In this document: piece by piece, positions 17,298-27,252 of the stretch | How the letters are laid out: each line of letters opens with the position of its first letter | Position numbering within the stretch: position 1 is the stretch's first letter | NCBI GenBank assembly: GCA_029259185.1 | Contig: JAPDJF010000002.1 | Coordinates: 1-57,186 of the forward strand | DNA from: Hadesarchaea archaeon | Lineage (GTDB): Archaea; Hadarchaeota; Hadarchaeia; Hadarchaeales; WYZ-LMO6 | Direction of reading: 5' to 3' | Length of the DNA: 57,186 nt | Notes under the pieces: generated by a model | Seen by the model: only the letters and a program-made list of their open reading frames with translations | Database searches by the model: none | What the model was told of the DNA's origin: nothing | Position numbers and translations under genes: made by a program

Positions 17298-18392
17298 CTA
17301 GGCTCTTTTTATCATGCTTTTAATAAGTTGATTTGTGAAGCCCATCAGAAAAACAGATTTGTCCACGATGGAGAAGAAAATGAACGTCAAAGTGGTTTTT
17401 ATGTTGCGTGAAACAAAAAAAGATATTTTTGGATTTACTTTAAAAAGGAACAAGAAGAAATTGATTAGAATCCATACTATAAACATTAATCTTAAGGGGT
17501 TACCTATCCTTAAAACGTAAACAATGAAGGGAAATAGCAAGAGGCTAGGTAGTATCTGTCCCAAACCAAATGCTCGTAAATAGTCCTTTTTACGCAGAGC
17601 AAAAACAGCAGCAGAACGACCCGTTTTAAATCTTTTTAGCAGAAAATCGCTTATGGTTGTTTCCTCTAGTTGGTGGAATACCCTAGCCTCATCCACTCCA
17701 CAAATGCCCACATTTCCGCAAATCTTGAATTCTTTTTTCAATAACCTTTCGAAAAACTCAGCATCTTCTAAGCCCGCTCCTGGATATTTTTCATTGAATC
17801 GTAGGTGATTAAAAATACTTCTTTTATAAAGATTGTTGCAAGCAGGAGCTGGCATTGGCCTTGAATTAAGTTTTGACTTGGGATAACCACTGCGATACTT
17901 GCTTAAAAAAGGGGAATCCCCATAGATTGGCTGTTGAGCAAAACATCCTGAAACACAGTCGGCATTTTCCGCTAGTAATTTGGAAACAAGAAGAGAGAGA
18001 CAGTTCTTATCTGGCCAGCAATCGGCATCGACTAACCATATTAGTTCACCTCGGCTCGCTTGGATGCCAACATTTCGTGCGTGCGCAACCCCCTTGTTTC
18101 TTTTCAAATTAATAATCCGAAATCCGAAGAATTTTTTTAGTTTCTGGCAATGTTTTCTCTGTAGAGTGTGTAGGGTTTTCAATGAATTATCAGTTGATGC
18201 GTCATTCACATAAATGATTTCAATCTTAGATGGAGGATAGGTTTGTGAGATCAACCCTTCGAAGTTTTTTGTCAGGCATTTCTCTTCATTGTGGAACGGA
18301 ACAATTACGCTAACAGAAGGCAAAGAAATTTTCCTTTTTTGTCTCGCGATACTAATCACCAATTTTCTTTGGAAGTTTTTCTTTATTTTCAT
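17298..18392 (-). CDS. GT2-family glycosyltransferase with C-terminal membrane domain
   Basis: VSVIVPFHNEE, VNDASTDNS, LVDADC, plus about 3 C-terminal TM helices. Confidence 0.85.
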   Translation of the reverse strand: MKIKKNFQRKLVISIARQKRKISLPSVSVIVPFHNEEKCLTKNFEGLISQTYPPSKIEIIYVNDASTDNSLKTLHTLQRKHCQKLKKFFGFRIINLKRNKGVAHARNVGIQASRGELIWLVDADCWPDKNCLSLLVSKLLAENADCVSGCFAQQPIYGDSPFLSKYRSGYPKSKLNSRPMPAPACNNLYKRSIFNHLRFNEKYPGAGLEDAEFFERLLKKEFKICGNVGICGVDEARVFHQLEETTISDFLLKRFKTGRSAAVFALRKKDYLRAFGLGQILPSLLLFPFIVYVLRIGNPLRLMFIVWILINFFLFLFKVNPKISFFVSRNIKTTLTFIFFSIVDKSVFLMGFTNQLIKSMIKRA

Positions 18393-19089
18393 GATCTCTC
18401 ACATGAGCATCAGATTTTTTTGTCTATGCCCAATGACGGAACCCTATTCAATTAACCCGTGGGTCCTTGGCCGATAACATATGCTTCGCCTAGTTATTTG
18501 TGAGAAATTCATTCCTCTATAGAAAAGGCATCTTTGGATCCTCGTTCCAATATAAGTATTCTTCACTTTGCTCATACTATTAAACCATTTTCACATGCCT
18601 ATTTAGCCTTTGTTTTTCACCAACTTCGACTTTTTGAATGCTGACCCTTTGCTTTTAGCCTATCTCCCAAACTGTTCACAAGCTGCCGACTGTCATTTAA
18701 CATGTTCTCCTTCAGAGGGTTCTCCTTCAGAAGCTGAGGAAGAGGCAGAGCACTCAAGACTGTTTGCGGGACTTCGATCCGTTTATTTGATTGGGGCCTT
18801 TCGAGTACACCATCATAGGGGGATATAGATCTTAGATAGGTGTATGCGATGCGCTACTCCTAGAACTCGTAAGGGAAGGGGTCTAAAAAAGTGCGGGGGC
18901 TGGACGAGACAGAAAACCAGCCATAAGTGATCAGAATCTTTAACCTTCTCTAAAGACGTGAATGCGAAGACTAGGGGAGATGAGCGGAGGATCAGAGACC
19001 CCCAAACTGGAGAACTCGTATGGTTACTCCAAGTTCGAATTTTTTCAAGTTAGCGAACAGTCTATAAAACAGTTAAACTAGGAAATAAC

Positions 19090-20124
19090 TTAGGTGAGGC
19101 GGAATATACCTTTAACCTTATTTTTTACAAAATTTGTGAGCTTTTGCTTGTTTTTAACAAAGTTGATAATTTTTTCCCGATTCTCGTATATTGCGGCTAC
19201 GGACTGAAAAGGGTGTCTTATGACTATAGGCATGAACTGGTATGGCTCTACTCTTAGAATAAAAATTTCATCAGGCTTGAGATCTTTTTTTCTGATTCCA
19301 CCCCCGAGGTAGTCCCACGGTTTCCAGTCCCTTTTTAGACGCATTATTTCTTCCCTCCCAAATTTCTTGTTAAAGATTTCAACACGACCCGCCAGAGCTT
19401 TTGGGGAACCGACTTTTAACAACCTTTCATAGTTTTTCGGCGAAACTAGATCTAATTCTCCCTTACTCGCAGGACAGTCGAAGGGAAGCGCTGCTCCACA
19501 CATGGGACAGTATCGCTCAACTTGATCTCGAAATTCCTCGAAAGTCTTGTTCCACCAACCTGGTTCTACAGGATAGCCTCCCGGCCCGTTGAAGGTTAAA
19601 TCAAGTGCAGCAGTTGCTTCACAAAAGAAGGCACCTTTAGGATTAATTGACGGGGACCAAAATTCATGCACCCAACAGTTATAGATCAATTCCCACATCA
19701 GTTCCTTATCGTCTATCACCTCCTCAATTGCAATCAAAATAGGTTGATGTCGTTGTCTGGGATCGCTATGATCATTATAGAATACTCCCCATTTGAAAGT
19801 TTCTTTAATTAGCCGCTTATAAGTTTCCCACTTGTATCCCGAGGTCCACAAGCCCGCTTTATGAGTTACTTTCTTTCTTTGTAAAAGTTTACAAATTTCT
19901 TCAAATTGGGGATGTAGAGTTGGCTCACCACCCATTATCCCAATGGCCCCCTTGAAACCCTCGAGAGAATCAATCGCTGTTTCCACAAAATCTAAATCCA
20001 TGAAATAGGGCTTTTTATGATGTCCAACCAACCTAGTGCAATTAGAGCAACCGATATGACATGCATTTGTGATTTCTATCTGGATTACCAACGCATCGTA
20101 AATAGGCTTCATCATCACTATCAA
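19090..20124 (-). CDS. radical SAM domain protein (unassigned subfamily)
   Basis: CX3CX2C motif in ITNACHIGCSNCTR, followed by GGEPTLHP. Further Cys pairs occur downstream (CPMCGAALPFDC). Confidence 0.8.
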   Translation of the reverse strand: MIVMMKPIYDALVIQIEITNACHIGCSNCTRLVGHHKKPYFMDLDFVETAIDSLEGFKGAIGIMGGEPTLHPQFEEICKLLQRKKVTHKAGLWTSGYKWETYKRLIKETFKWGVFYNDHSDPRQRHQPILIAIEEVIDDKELMWELIYNCWVHEFWSPSINPKGAFFCEATAALDLTFNGPGGYPVEPGWWNKTFEEFRDQVERYCPMCGAALPFDCPASKGELDLVSPKNYERLLKVGSPKALAGRVEIFNKKFGREEIMRLKRDWKPWDYLGGGIRKKDLKPDEIFILRVEPYQFMPIVIRHPFQSVAAIYENREKIINFVKNKQKLTNFVKNKVKGIFRLT

Positions 20125-20269
20125 TTTTGGTAATATCTTAAAAGAGTTGCCGATTGCTAAGTAAATTTTCCGAAGAAGATTGACAAATCCACGGATTTAG
20201 GATGGTGATAAGAAAGGGAAACTTGTGGAATTAAGAAAATTATAGTGAAACAATTCTTACGGAAGCAGA

Positions 20270-21379
20270 TTATTGTAAAACAGCATCATAAATCTCTTTC
20301 AACTTTGAATACGCATGTTCATATGTGTAACGATCCCGAACCAATTTTAAACAGTTCTTGCTCATTTTTTCGAGTGGTTTTTTATTCTTGACTAATGTTC
20401 GAAATACAGATCTAAGCTCCTCAACATCTTTGACAAGATATCCATTCCATCCATTTCGGATGAGTTCTTCAGGCCCAGGTGATCCCTTTTTTCCAATTAC
20501 TGGAATCCCGCATGCCATGGCTTCAACAAAAACTTTGCCAAAAGCCTCATCTGGGCGCATATTAACAAAAACATCGGCGTTGGAATAAAACTGGGGCAGT
20601 CTATTTCGCGGAATGAATCCGAGGAATTCATGGTTCACTCCTATTCGCTGAAGTTCCCGCTTCAGAAATTCGTAATATTTTCTCTCAGCGATATGACCAA
20701 CTATCCAAAGATTTACGTTGTTTCTAAGCTCTGGGGCAGAGATAGCATACACGATATCTTCGATTCTCTTATTGGGATGGATTGCACCAACAAAAATTAT
20801 CCTGAGCTTCTTTGATGGTTTTTTCTCACATAGCTTAAAAACATTCAACTCGACTCCAGATGGAAAAACGTATGTTGGCTGAGGAACATAGGTGAAAAAA
20901 TTTTTCTGATATTCAGTATAAGTGACGATAGCATCGACCATGGGGAGATAGATACGTCGATAATATGTTCTAAGAATTTTTTCACGTAAACCCATCTCAC
21001 GAAAGTCGTAAACTTCATGCACAAATTCAACCAGTTTAACACCCATCAATTTGGCAGATACAGCCACAGGGAATTCAGCCCAAGGAGTTGGAAAGGTATT
21101 GATTTGTAATATTTTCGCCCGTTTCAAGTGCTTTGTGAGATATGAAAACAGTAGCCAGGGTTTTCCTCTAGGAATAAAGAGGAAACGAGTGTGAGGAAAA
21201 TGGGGGTTCTTTCCCCAACTGATCTGACTTTGAGGTGCGAGAAACACGTGTATGCCGACTAGGCCGCTCTCCTTGGCGTATCTGTCGAAGGCATACCAGA
21301 AGGCATCGCCATGATCCTGTAAGTAAAAATCAGCTGGCAAGTCTCCATAACCAGCATTAAACGAAATTAATTCATGCAC
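20270..21379 (-). CDS. GT4-family glycosyltransferase
   Basis: 369 aa. Motif DEAFGKVFVEAMACGIPVIGKK. Confidence 0.85.
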   Translation of the reverse strand: MHELISFNAGYGDLPADFYLQDHGDAFWYAFDRYAKESGLVGIHVFLAPQSQISWGKNPHFPHTRFLFIPRGKPWLLFSYLTKHLKRAKILQINTFPTPWAEFPVAVSAKLMGVKLVEFVHEVYDFREMGLREKILRTYYRRIYLPMVDAIVTYTEYQKNFFTYVPQPTYVFPSGVELNVFKLCEKKPSKKLRIIFVGAIHPNKRIEDIVYAISAPELRNNVNLWIVGHIAERKYYEFLKRELQRIGVNHEFLGFIPRNRLPQFYSNADVFVNMRPDEAFGKVFVEAMACGIPVIGKKGSPGPEELIRNGWNGYLVKDVEELRSVFRTLVKNKKPLEKMSKNCLKLVRDRYTYEHAYSKLKEIYDAVLQ

Positions 21380-22325
21380 TTTGGAACCTCCTGGAGGGAC
21401 AATATCCCAGCACCACGCTCAGTATATGAGCAGCTCTATGTAAGTAGGTATGTTTTCGGTGAACTTCTCTCTGCCCACGAATGGCTATCTTTTCTCGCTC
21501 ACCTGTGTTTTTCAAGTAATACCGAATTTTTCTGGCGAGATCTTCCAAGTCATCATAAATAACGAGGTGTTTTTTGTTGGTGAAGAGTTCCTCGAGGCCG
21601 TTGGCTATGCGGTCGGTCAAAAGCAAGCGTCCGCAGGACATCGCTTCAAACATGCGCATGTTGAGGTCTCCCGCGAGCGATTTATTTAACACGATTTTCG
21701 ATTGACTATAAATCCTCGCCATATCATGCAAATACTTGTGCCCGAAAAACACGTTGAACTCCTTTTTGAGCGGTTTGATAATTTGCCAACGCTCGCTTTT
21801 AGGCGGTGCCTTCCCGATGAAGCATATGTCGTATTTTGTCGGCAATTTCCATTTTTTGTGGATATCCGGATCACAGGCCAAGGGTAACCAGTGAACTTCC
21901 TTGCACCCGGTCTTCCTGTACTTTGGAATATCGTCTTTCTGGGCAACGAAAACAAAATCGTAATCTTGAACTCTTGCAAATTGCAAATGTTCGTGGAATG
22001 CGACGTGGCTGTCAATGGCATAATAAGCTGTAGGAACATCACTGCTGAAATTAAATCTTCTTCGAACGGGATCTACCACTAGAACCATGTCAATCTCTGG
22101 TGTGGGTGCTTTTTCTACTTTCCAGAGTTTATCGAGCAATTTTGTGATAGGAGTTCTGAAGAGCAGATTTATCCAAGGGCGCACATCAAAATACAAAGTT
22201 ATAACGTTGCATAATCTTTGTAACGCACGTTCTAGGTACATACCTGTGCTGTAAAATGTATTGTCTCGAATTAGGAGAACCCAAGGAAGTTCGGGTTTTG
22301 TTTCATATCTCATTTCGCTCAACAT
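21372..22325 (-). CDS. CgeB-like / GT1-type glycosyltransferase-domain protein
   Basis: 317 aa. C-terminal LNMRMFEAMSCGRLLLTD resembles the CgeB/DUF3880-associated Glyco_trans_1_2 domain. Confidence 0.65.
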   Translation of the reverse strand: MLSEMRYETKPELPWVLLIRDNTFYSTGMYLERALQRLCNVITLYFDVRPWINLLFRTPITKLLDKLWKVEKAPTPEIDMVLVVDPVRRRFNFSSDVPTAYYAIDSHVAFHEHLQFARVQDYDFVFVAQKDDIPKYRKTGCKEVHWLPLACDPDIHKKWKLPTKYDICFIGKAPPKSERWQIIKPLKKEFNVFFGHKYLHDMARIYSQSKIVLNKSLAGDLNMRMFEAMSCGRLLLTDRIANGLEELFTNKKHLVIYDDLEDLARKIRYYLKNTGEREKIAIRGQREVHRKHTYLHRAAHILSVVLGYCPSRRFQSA

Positions 22326-22505
22326 GGTCTAAATTTACTTTTTTAGTTTCTGCTAAAAAATCTCCAAGCGGAATAACTGATATTGCTTTAGCAAATGCGT
22401 GAGTAAAAGAACTTAGAACGTAGGTTAAATCGGGAGCAAATTCGTGCACGTTTTTTGGTATAGTCAATGTTGAGAGATAAGAAACAAAGCAGATCCCCAT
22501 CTCGA

Positions 22506-23648
22506 TCAGTAGATTAATTTCTTTGTCTCTAATTCCTCTATTGTGTTCTCGAAAAGATCCATTGCTGCCCACCCATGCGCTTTTGCCCATTCAGCCAGCT
22601 CTTTTAATCCTTCCTCACGCTTTATTTCCGGCTGGTAACCCAGATATTTTTCAGCTCTGGTGAGATCAGCATAGCAGTGCCTGATGTCGCCTTTTCTGTA
22701 TTTGTTTGAGATGTAAGGAGTTATCTTGGCCCCGTAAAGCTTGACGAGCACTTCGGCGAGTTCCCTGATGGAAGTTGGTTCTCCGCTTCCTATATTTATA
22801 GCCATGTAATCGGCACCATCTCGCTCCAGCGCGAGCACGTTAGCCCTAGCAACATCCCGAACGTGAACGAAATCGCGCATTTGCTTTCCATCCTCGAAGA
22901 CATAGGGTGGCTTGTTATTCAGAATCCTGCATGAGAAAACTGCGCAAACGCCTGTATACGGATTGCTGAGAGATTGCCTGGGCCCGTAGACGTTAAAGTA
23001 TCGGAGAGCAACCGTGGGTATCCCGTACGTCTTCCCGATCAAAAGGCACATCTCTTCTTGGTGCCTCTTCGTCTGAGCGTAGATGGAAGTGGGCATCAGC
23101 GGCTTGTCTTCGTCTGTCGGGAGTGGTTTTAATGGCTTCCCACAACTCGGACACCTCGGTTCCCACTCTCGATTTCTAAAATGTTCTTCGGCCCTCAGCC
23201 TCGGGTACACTGGGCCGCAGTGTTCACAGAGGTACTTTCCCTCCCCGTAAATGGACTGGGACGACGCGACGACGAGTTTTTTGATATCGTTCGGCTCATT
23301 GACCAATACGTCTAGCAAATTTGCCGTCCCCCAAGTGTTATAGGCCACATACTTGTCTATTTGGTACATCGACTGCCCGACACCGACCGCTGCAGCCAAA
23401 TGCACTACTGCCTCTACATCTTTGATGGCTTGAATCAAAGTCTCTCGGTCTCGCACATCACCTTCTATGAACTCGGCATTTTTGTTGCGGTATTCTGGCA
23501 ATCGCTCTTCGGGTCCGTGAACCTGTGGTTCCAAGTTGTCTAGGATTCTCACTTCATAGCCCTTTTCCACGAGCATGTCAACGGTGTGGCTCCCGATAAA
23601 ACCCATGCCACCCGTAACCAGAACTCTTTCGATATTTTTTGCTTTCAT
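22506..23648 (-). CDS. NAD-dependent sugar-nucleotide epimerase/dehydratase (extended SDR) with an inserted Cys4 zinc-ribbon
   Basis: VLVTGGMGFIGSH Rossmann motif and YAQTK catalytic YxxxK. A ~30-aa insert CEHCGPVYPRLRAEEHFRNREWEPRCPSCG (nt 23139-23228) sits between the SSxxxYG and YxxxK segments. Confidence 0.85.
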   Translation of the reverse strand: MKAKNIERVLVTGGMGFIGSHTVDMLVEKGYEVRILDNLEPQVHGPEERLPEYRNKNAEFIEGDVRDRETLIQAIKDVEAVVHLAAAVGVGQSMYQIDKYVAYNTWGTANLLDVLVNEPNDIKKLVVASSQSIYGEGKYLCEHCGPVYPRLRAEEHFRNREWEPRCPSCGKPLKPLPTDEDKPLMPTSIYAQTKRHQEEMCLLIGKTYGIPTVALRYFNVYGPRQSLSNPYTGVCAVFSCRILNNKPPYVFEDGKQMRDFVHVRDVARANVLALERDGADYMAINIGSGEPTSIRELAEVLVKLYGAKITPYISNKYRKGDIRHCYADLTRAEKYLGYQPEIKREEGLKELAEWAKAHGWAAMDLFENTIEELETKKLIY

Positions 23649-23666
23649 TTGTACCCCAAGCCTAGT

Positions 23667-24710
23667 TCATATGCTATTAAAGAGGTTCAGGTTATCCGAA
23701 ATCCAATTAACCAGCTTTCTAACACCTTCCTCCGGGCTTACTTTTGGTTTCCATCCCAGTTTCTCGCCAGCCCTCGATATGTCCGAAATATACACTTTTT
23801 GATCTGCTGGTCTCCAGTCCGCAAATGAAATTGTTGGCTTCTTGCCGCAAAGTCGCTCCAGCAGGTCGAGTAGCTCCAGAAGTGACAGCGTGTTATCAGG
23901 TCCCCCGCCTATGTTGAACACCCCCTGCTTCAGATAGCTTTTTAGAAAAGCATCAAAGACCTCTACCAGATCCGCAATATAAAGCACGTCTCGGACCTGC
24001 TTTCCGTCTCCATAGATCGTTATCGGCTTGCCCAGCATTGTTGCGATGGTGAACCACGCTATCCACCCCTGATCCTCGACCCCGAATTGCCTTTCCCCAT
24101 AAATGCAACTCATCCTGAACACGCCCGTCTTCAGCCCATAACCATGAGCGTAGTCTTGAACGTAAAGGTCACCGGCTAGCTTTGAGCAGCCATAAGGGGT
24201 ATGCCAAGCCCTATCTATAGAGAAATCCTCAGGTATGCCTTTTTTGTATTTTTCATCCGCGAAGCGGTATCTTTTTTCTTCTTCCGCTACGGGTATGGTG
24301 TTGACGTTCTCCCCGTAGACTTTGTTCGTCGAGCAGTATACTACGGCGGAATCGTTGAGCCTAGCCGCTTCGAGAACGTTTAGGGTACCAAAGGCGTTGA
24401 CTTCGAAATCAAGTTTTGGATCCTTCATCGAGGTTGTTACGGCGACTTGGGCCGCAGTGTGGATTATCGCGTCCGAACCCTTTGCAGCTTTTTTCAGGTC
24501 TTCGGGGTTTCTTATGTCTCCTTTCATCAACTTGACGTTTTGATATTTTTTCAGGTAATTCCAGTTGTATTGCGGATTTCCAAGGTTTCCCTTAAACACC
24601 TCCCACCTCAGCAGATTATCGAGAACGGTGACTTCATCCCCTCTTCTCGTGTAGTACTCGGCGACGTGCGAGCCGACGAAACCTGCCCCTCCGGTTACCA
24701 GAATTTTCAC
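23667..24710 (-). CDS. NAD-dependent epimerase/dehydratase (extended SDR; CDP-paratose-2-epimerase-like)
   Basis: GTG at 24710 gives VKILVTGGAGFVGSH, preceded by a gaggg RBS-like motif. YGCSK (YxxxK) is present. The 152-codon upstream extension of the track ORF has no SDR content and was trimmed. Confidence 0.85.
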   Translation of the reverse strand: MKILVTGGAGFVGSHVAEYYTRRGDEVTVLDNLLRWEVFKGNLGNPQYNWNYLKKYQNVKLMKGDIRNPEDLKKAAKGSDAIIHTAAQVAVTTSMKDPKLDFEVNAFGTLNVLEAARLNDSAVVYCSTNKVYGENVNTIPVAEEEKRYRFADEKYKKGIPEDFSIDRAWHTPYGCSKLAGDLYVQDYAHGYGLKTGVFRMSCIYGERQFGVEDQGWIAWFTIATMLGKPITIYGDGKQVRDVLYIADLVEVFDAFLKSYLKQGVFNIGGGPDNTLSLLELLDLLERLCGKKPTISFADWRPADQKVYISDISRAGEKLGWKPKVSPEEGVRKLVNWISDNLNLFNSI

Positions 24711-24771
24711 TTTTATCCCTCTTTTAATACCTGCCACAACTTTTAAGATTTGGGTAATTATGCTAAAAAGG

Positions 24772-25396
24772 ATGCGTGCATGAACTTGAAAAAATTTACG
24801 AACAAGAGGCCGAAGAGTTTCATCGGAAGCGCAGAGAGGAAGATAATTTATTGGGCGCCCTTCGCTTTCAGAAAATCGTAAAGCTAATTGGAAACAAAGT
24901 GGAAACGTGTTAGACACTGGACGTAGGGAATAGTTCGCCTCGTTTTTTGATAAAAAACCAAACATGTGTATTATGGGGTAGAAATAACCTCTTGGAGGAC
25001 AAAGATCGCTAGGAAAAAAGGGCTGAACGTCGTTTGCGGAGATGTGGATAAAGGATTGCCGTTCAAAGCCAAGTTTTTTTGATGTCGTAGTGGCGTGCGA
25101 AATCCTTGAACACTTGCCGAATATCTCAGTCCCTAACCTGTTCAACATCTCCGAACTATTCTTCACCTTTCGTATGCATTTATTTCCGCCGACATTCAGC
25201 GGACACCTTACTCCCTTTACTTGGTGCAGATTTGATCTCCCTGTTCAAGTTAAACGGTTTCACCATACCTCATTTGACCGGGGATTCCATTTTGCCCCCC
25301 ACGAAACACATGTTGCCAGCAAATACGTGGTTGGGCAAAAAACTTGCGCCGCTTGCCAAGAGCATCCTCTTCAAAGTAGTAAAACTCACTGAATGA
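24772..25396 (+). pseudogene. class I SAM-dependent methyltransferase pseudogene (several frameshifts/stops)
   Basis: Methyltransferase pieces are spread over three frames: ELEKIYEQEAEEFHRKR..., VLDTG(.)GN, GVEITSWRTKIARKKGLNVVCGDVDKGLPF, FDVVVACEILEHLPN, SLFKLNGFTI. Interruptions include a T-run (gttttttt) at ~25070. Confidence 0.55.
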
Positions 25397-26009
25397 TGGG
25401 TTTAGAATTCGCACCCGCTTTAACACACACCATGTATACGAATCCTCTCAAGAGGTGCAGACGGTTTGCCAGAAAATTCCCCACATGGTAACTAATTGAA
25501 TGCAAACCCATCTTTCCAAACCCCGGTATTCCTTTCCCAAGCAGACGGCACTGAAGAACTTTAAAATTTGCCCGCTCCGCCAGCTTTCGGAAGGATTCAA
25601 TCGTATACGATCGGACATGAGTCGGATCTGCTTCAGCGCCATGATATGGAGTCGGGGCTTCTGCGATGAGAACACCTCCCCCGCGCAAAACTCGACGAAA
25701 CTCTTTTATAGCCTCGAGATCGTTAGGCACGTGTTCCAATATGTGTGAAGCGAGCACGCCGTCAAAAGAAGAACTTTTGAATGGAAGGCGGCAGACATCC
25801 CCCGAGATTACTATTTCATAATTTTTTGCCGTCCTTAATTTTACTTCATCCAAGTCAATGCCGATGACCTCGATGCCTTCGGGCTTGTACTTTCCAAACC
25901 AGCCAAGACCGCACCCAGCATCCAATATGCGTTTGCAGCCGTGTTCGAGAAAAATTTTCCAAGTCGCTTTAATATGGGGCTTGGATGGTTCACCCTCCAA
26001 TCTTGGCAT
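25386..26009 (-). CDS. class I SAM-dependent methyltransferase
   Basis: ILDAGCGLGWFG (motif I) and FDGVLASHILEHVPN. Confidence 0.85.
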   Translation of the reverse strand: MPRLEGEPSKPHIKATWKIFLEHGCKRILDAGCGLGWFGKYKPEGIEVIGIDLDEVKLRTAKNYEIVISGDVCRLPFKSSSFDGVLASHILEHVPNDLEAIKEFRRVLRGGGVLIAEAPTPYHGAEADPTHVRSYTIESFRKLAERANFKVLQCRLLGKGIPGFGKMGLHSISYHVGNFLANRLHLLRGFVYMVCVKAGANSKPIIQ

Positions 26010-27123
26010 AGAACTCCCTCAATCTTTTGGCTAAAATATTCCAAGAATAGACTTTCTCGGCTTTTTTCCGAGCTGTTTTACCAAGCCTTTTGGCTAATTT
26101 TTCGTTCTGGAGGATTTCGATTATCTGTGAAGCAAGCTCGTTAGGCTCGTATGAATACACGAGAGCCCCTGCCCTGTCTGAAAGCTGCTCCTTCACAACT
26201 CCTACTGCGTTCGCTACAATCGCTTTTCCAGCTGCCATGTATTCTCCTACTCTGCTCGGGCTCCTAGCTTCGTCAACCTCGATGAACCTGTTGGGAACGT
26301 AGACGATATCTGCGACGGAAAGAATCCTAGGCATGAGCTCGTGAGGCTGCCGACCGAGCACAATGAACGCCTTTTCGGGCAAGCCAAGTCTTGTGACATA
26401 GTTCCTGAATCTTTCAGGGTTCCAGCCGGGGCTTACAGCTAGTAGGACAGCATCTTTCACTTCCCGCCGGACGGTCTTCATCGCCTCGACGAGTATACGC
26501 AAGTTCAGCTCCCCTATTGACCCCACATAGACAACTCTTTTCCCTTCCACGCCGATTTCTTTTGCCAATTCTTCGTCTCGCAGCATGGGTGCAAACATCT
26601 CAACATCGGCACCGTATGGGATTTTGACGATGCGCTCTTCTGGGACCCCGGCATCGATGCATTTTTGCTTTAGCAATTCCGATACCACCACCACGCCATT
26701 GAAGAGCTTGGGTAGCTTGAATTCAAAGAATCTGATGAGCACAGTAGCTAATTTGTGTCCCTGATCGAGCGCGGAACCAGCTTCCAAGTCGTCCAAGTCT
26801 ATCACGGCTTTTCCACCGCGTTTTGCCAGCCAAGTAGGGAGCGAAGCCCATGGAAGCGCCTTAAAGCAATGATACACCTCAATATTTTTCAGATTGCGTA
26901 AGGTGAAATACTTAGAGAGGGAAGAAGTCAAAAGATTTCGCACCCCCCCGCCTGCTTTGCCAACTCCAACTATCTTTAGATTGCCCTCCTCTCGCTGGAT
27001 CTTTCCTGCAGTTAAAAACAAAACGTCGTCGCCAAGTCTTACTAAATGGCGAGCAAAATTATGCGCTCGAACTCTCGTTGTCGCCGCCTGAAATCCGAAG
27101 GGGGAAACCATGCAGATTTTCAT
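25990..27123 (-). CDS. GT4-family glycosyltransferase
   Basis: Likely start MKICMVSPFGF (the track ORF extends to 27162). C-terminal EYMAAGKAIVANAVG. Paralogous to the next gene. Confidence 0.85.
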   Translation of the reverse strand: MKICMVSPFGFQAATTRVRAHNFARHLVRLGDDVLFLTAGKIQREEGNLKIVGVGKAGGGVRNLLTSSLSKYFTLRNLKNIEVYHCFKALPWASLPTWLAKRGGKAVIDLDDLEAGSALDQGHKLATVLIRFFEFKLPKLFNGVVVVSELLKQKCIDAGVPEERIVKIPYGADVEMFAPMLRDEELAKEIGVEGKRVVYVGSIGELNLRILVEAMKTVRREVKDAVLLAVSPGWNPERFRNYVTRLGLPEKAFIVLGRQPHELMPRILSVADIVYVPNRFIEVDEARSPSRVGEYMAAGKAIVANAVGVVKEQLSDRAGALVYSYEPNELASQIIEILQNEKLAKRLGKTARKKAEKVYSWNILAKRLREFYAKIGG

Positions 27124-27252
27124 CGAGTTTCTCTCGATCTTGTACTTCAAGTAGTTTTCCAAAGCAAATTTTGTTCAATAGGGAAAAGGAGAGAATCGAC
27201 TCCCAGTGCTCCCACGCTCAGTTTGTTTTTTCGAGTGCTTCATTTTTTCACC

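Noticed and set aside
18393-19089. Small basic ORFs and a tctccttcaga tandem in the 700-bp AT-rich gap. Examples: MRCATPRTRKGRGLKKCGGWTRQKTSHK and VNAKTRGDERRIRDPQTGELVW...
   Set aside because: They are too short, have no start/RBS context and no family resemblance. They are mentioned only as part of the radical SAM finding.
23667-25166. 499-aa version of the second SDR gene.
   Set aside because: The first 152 codons carry no SDR content and run antisense over a decayed methyltransferase. GTG at 24710 gives the canonical VKILVTGGAGFVGSH start behind an RBS-like gaggg.
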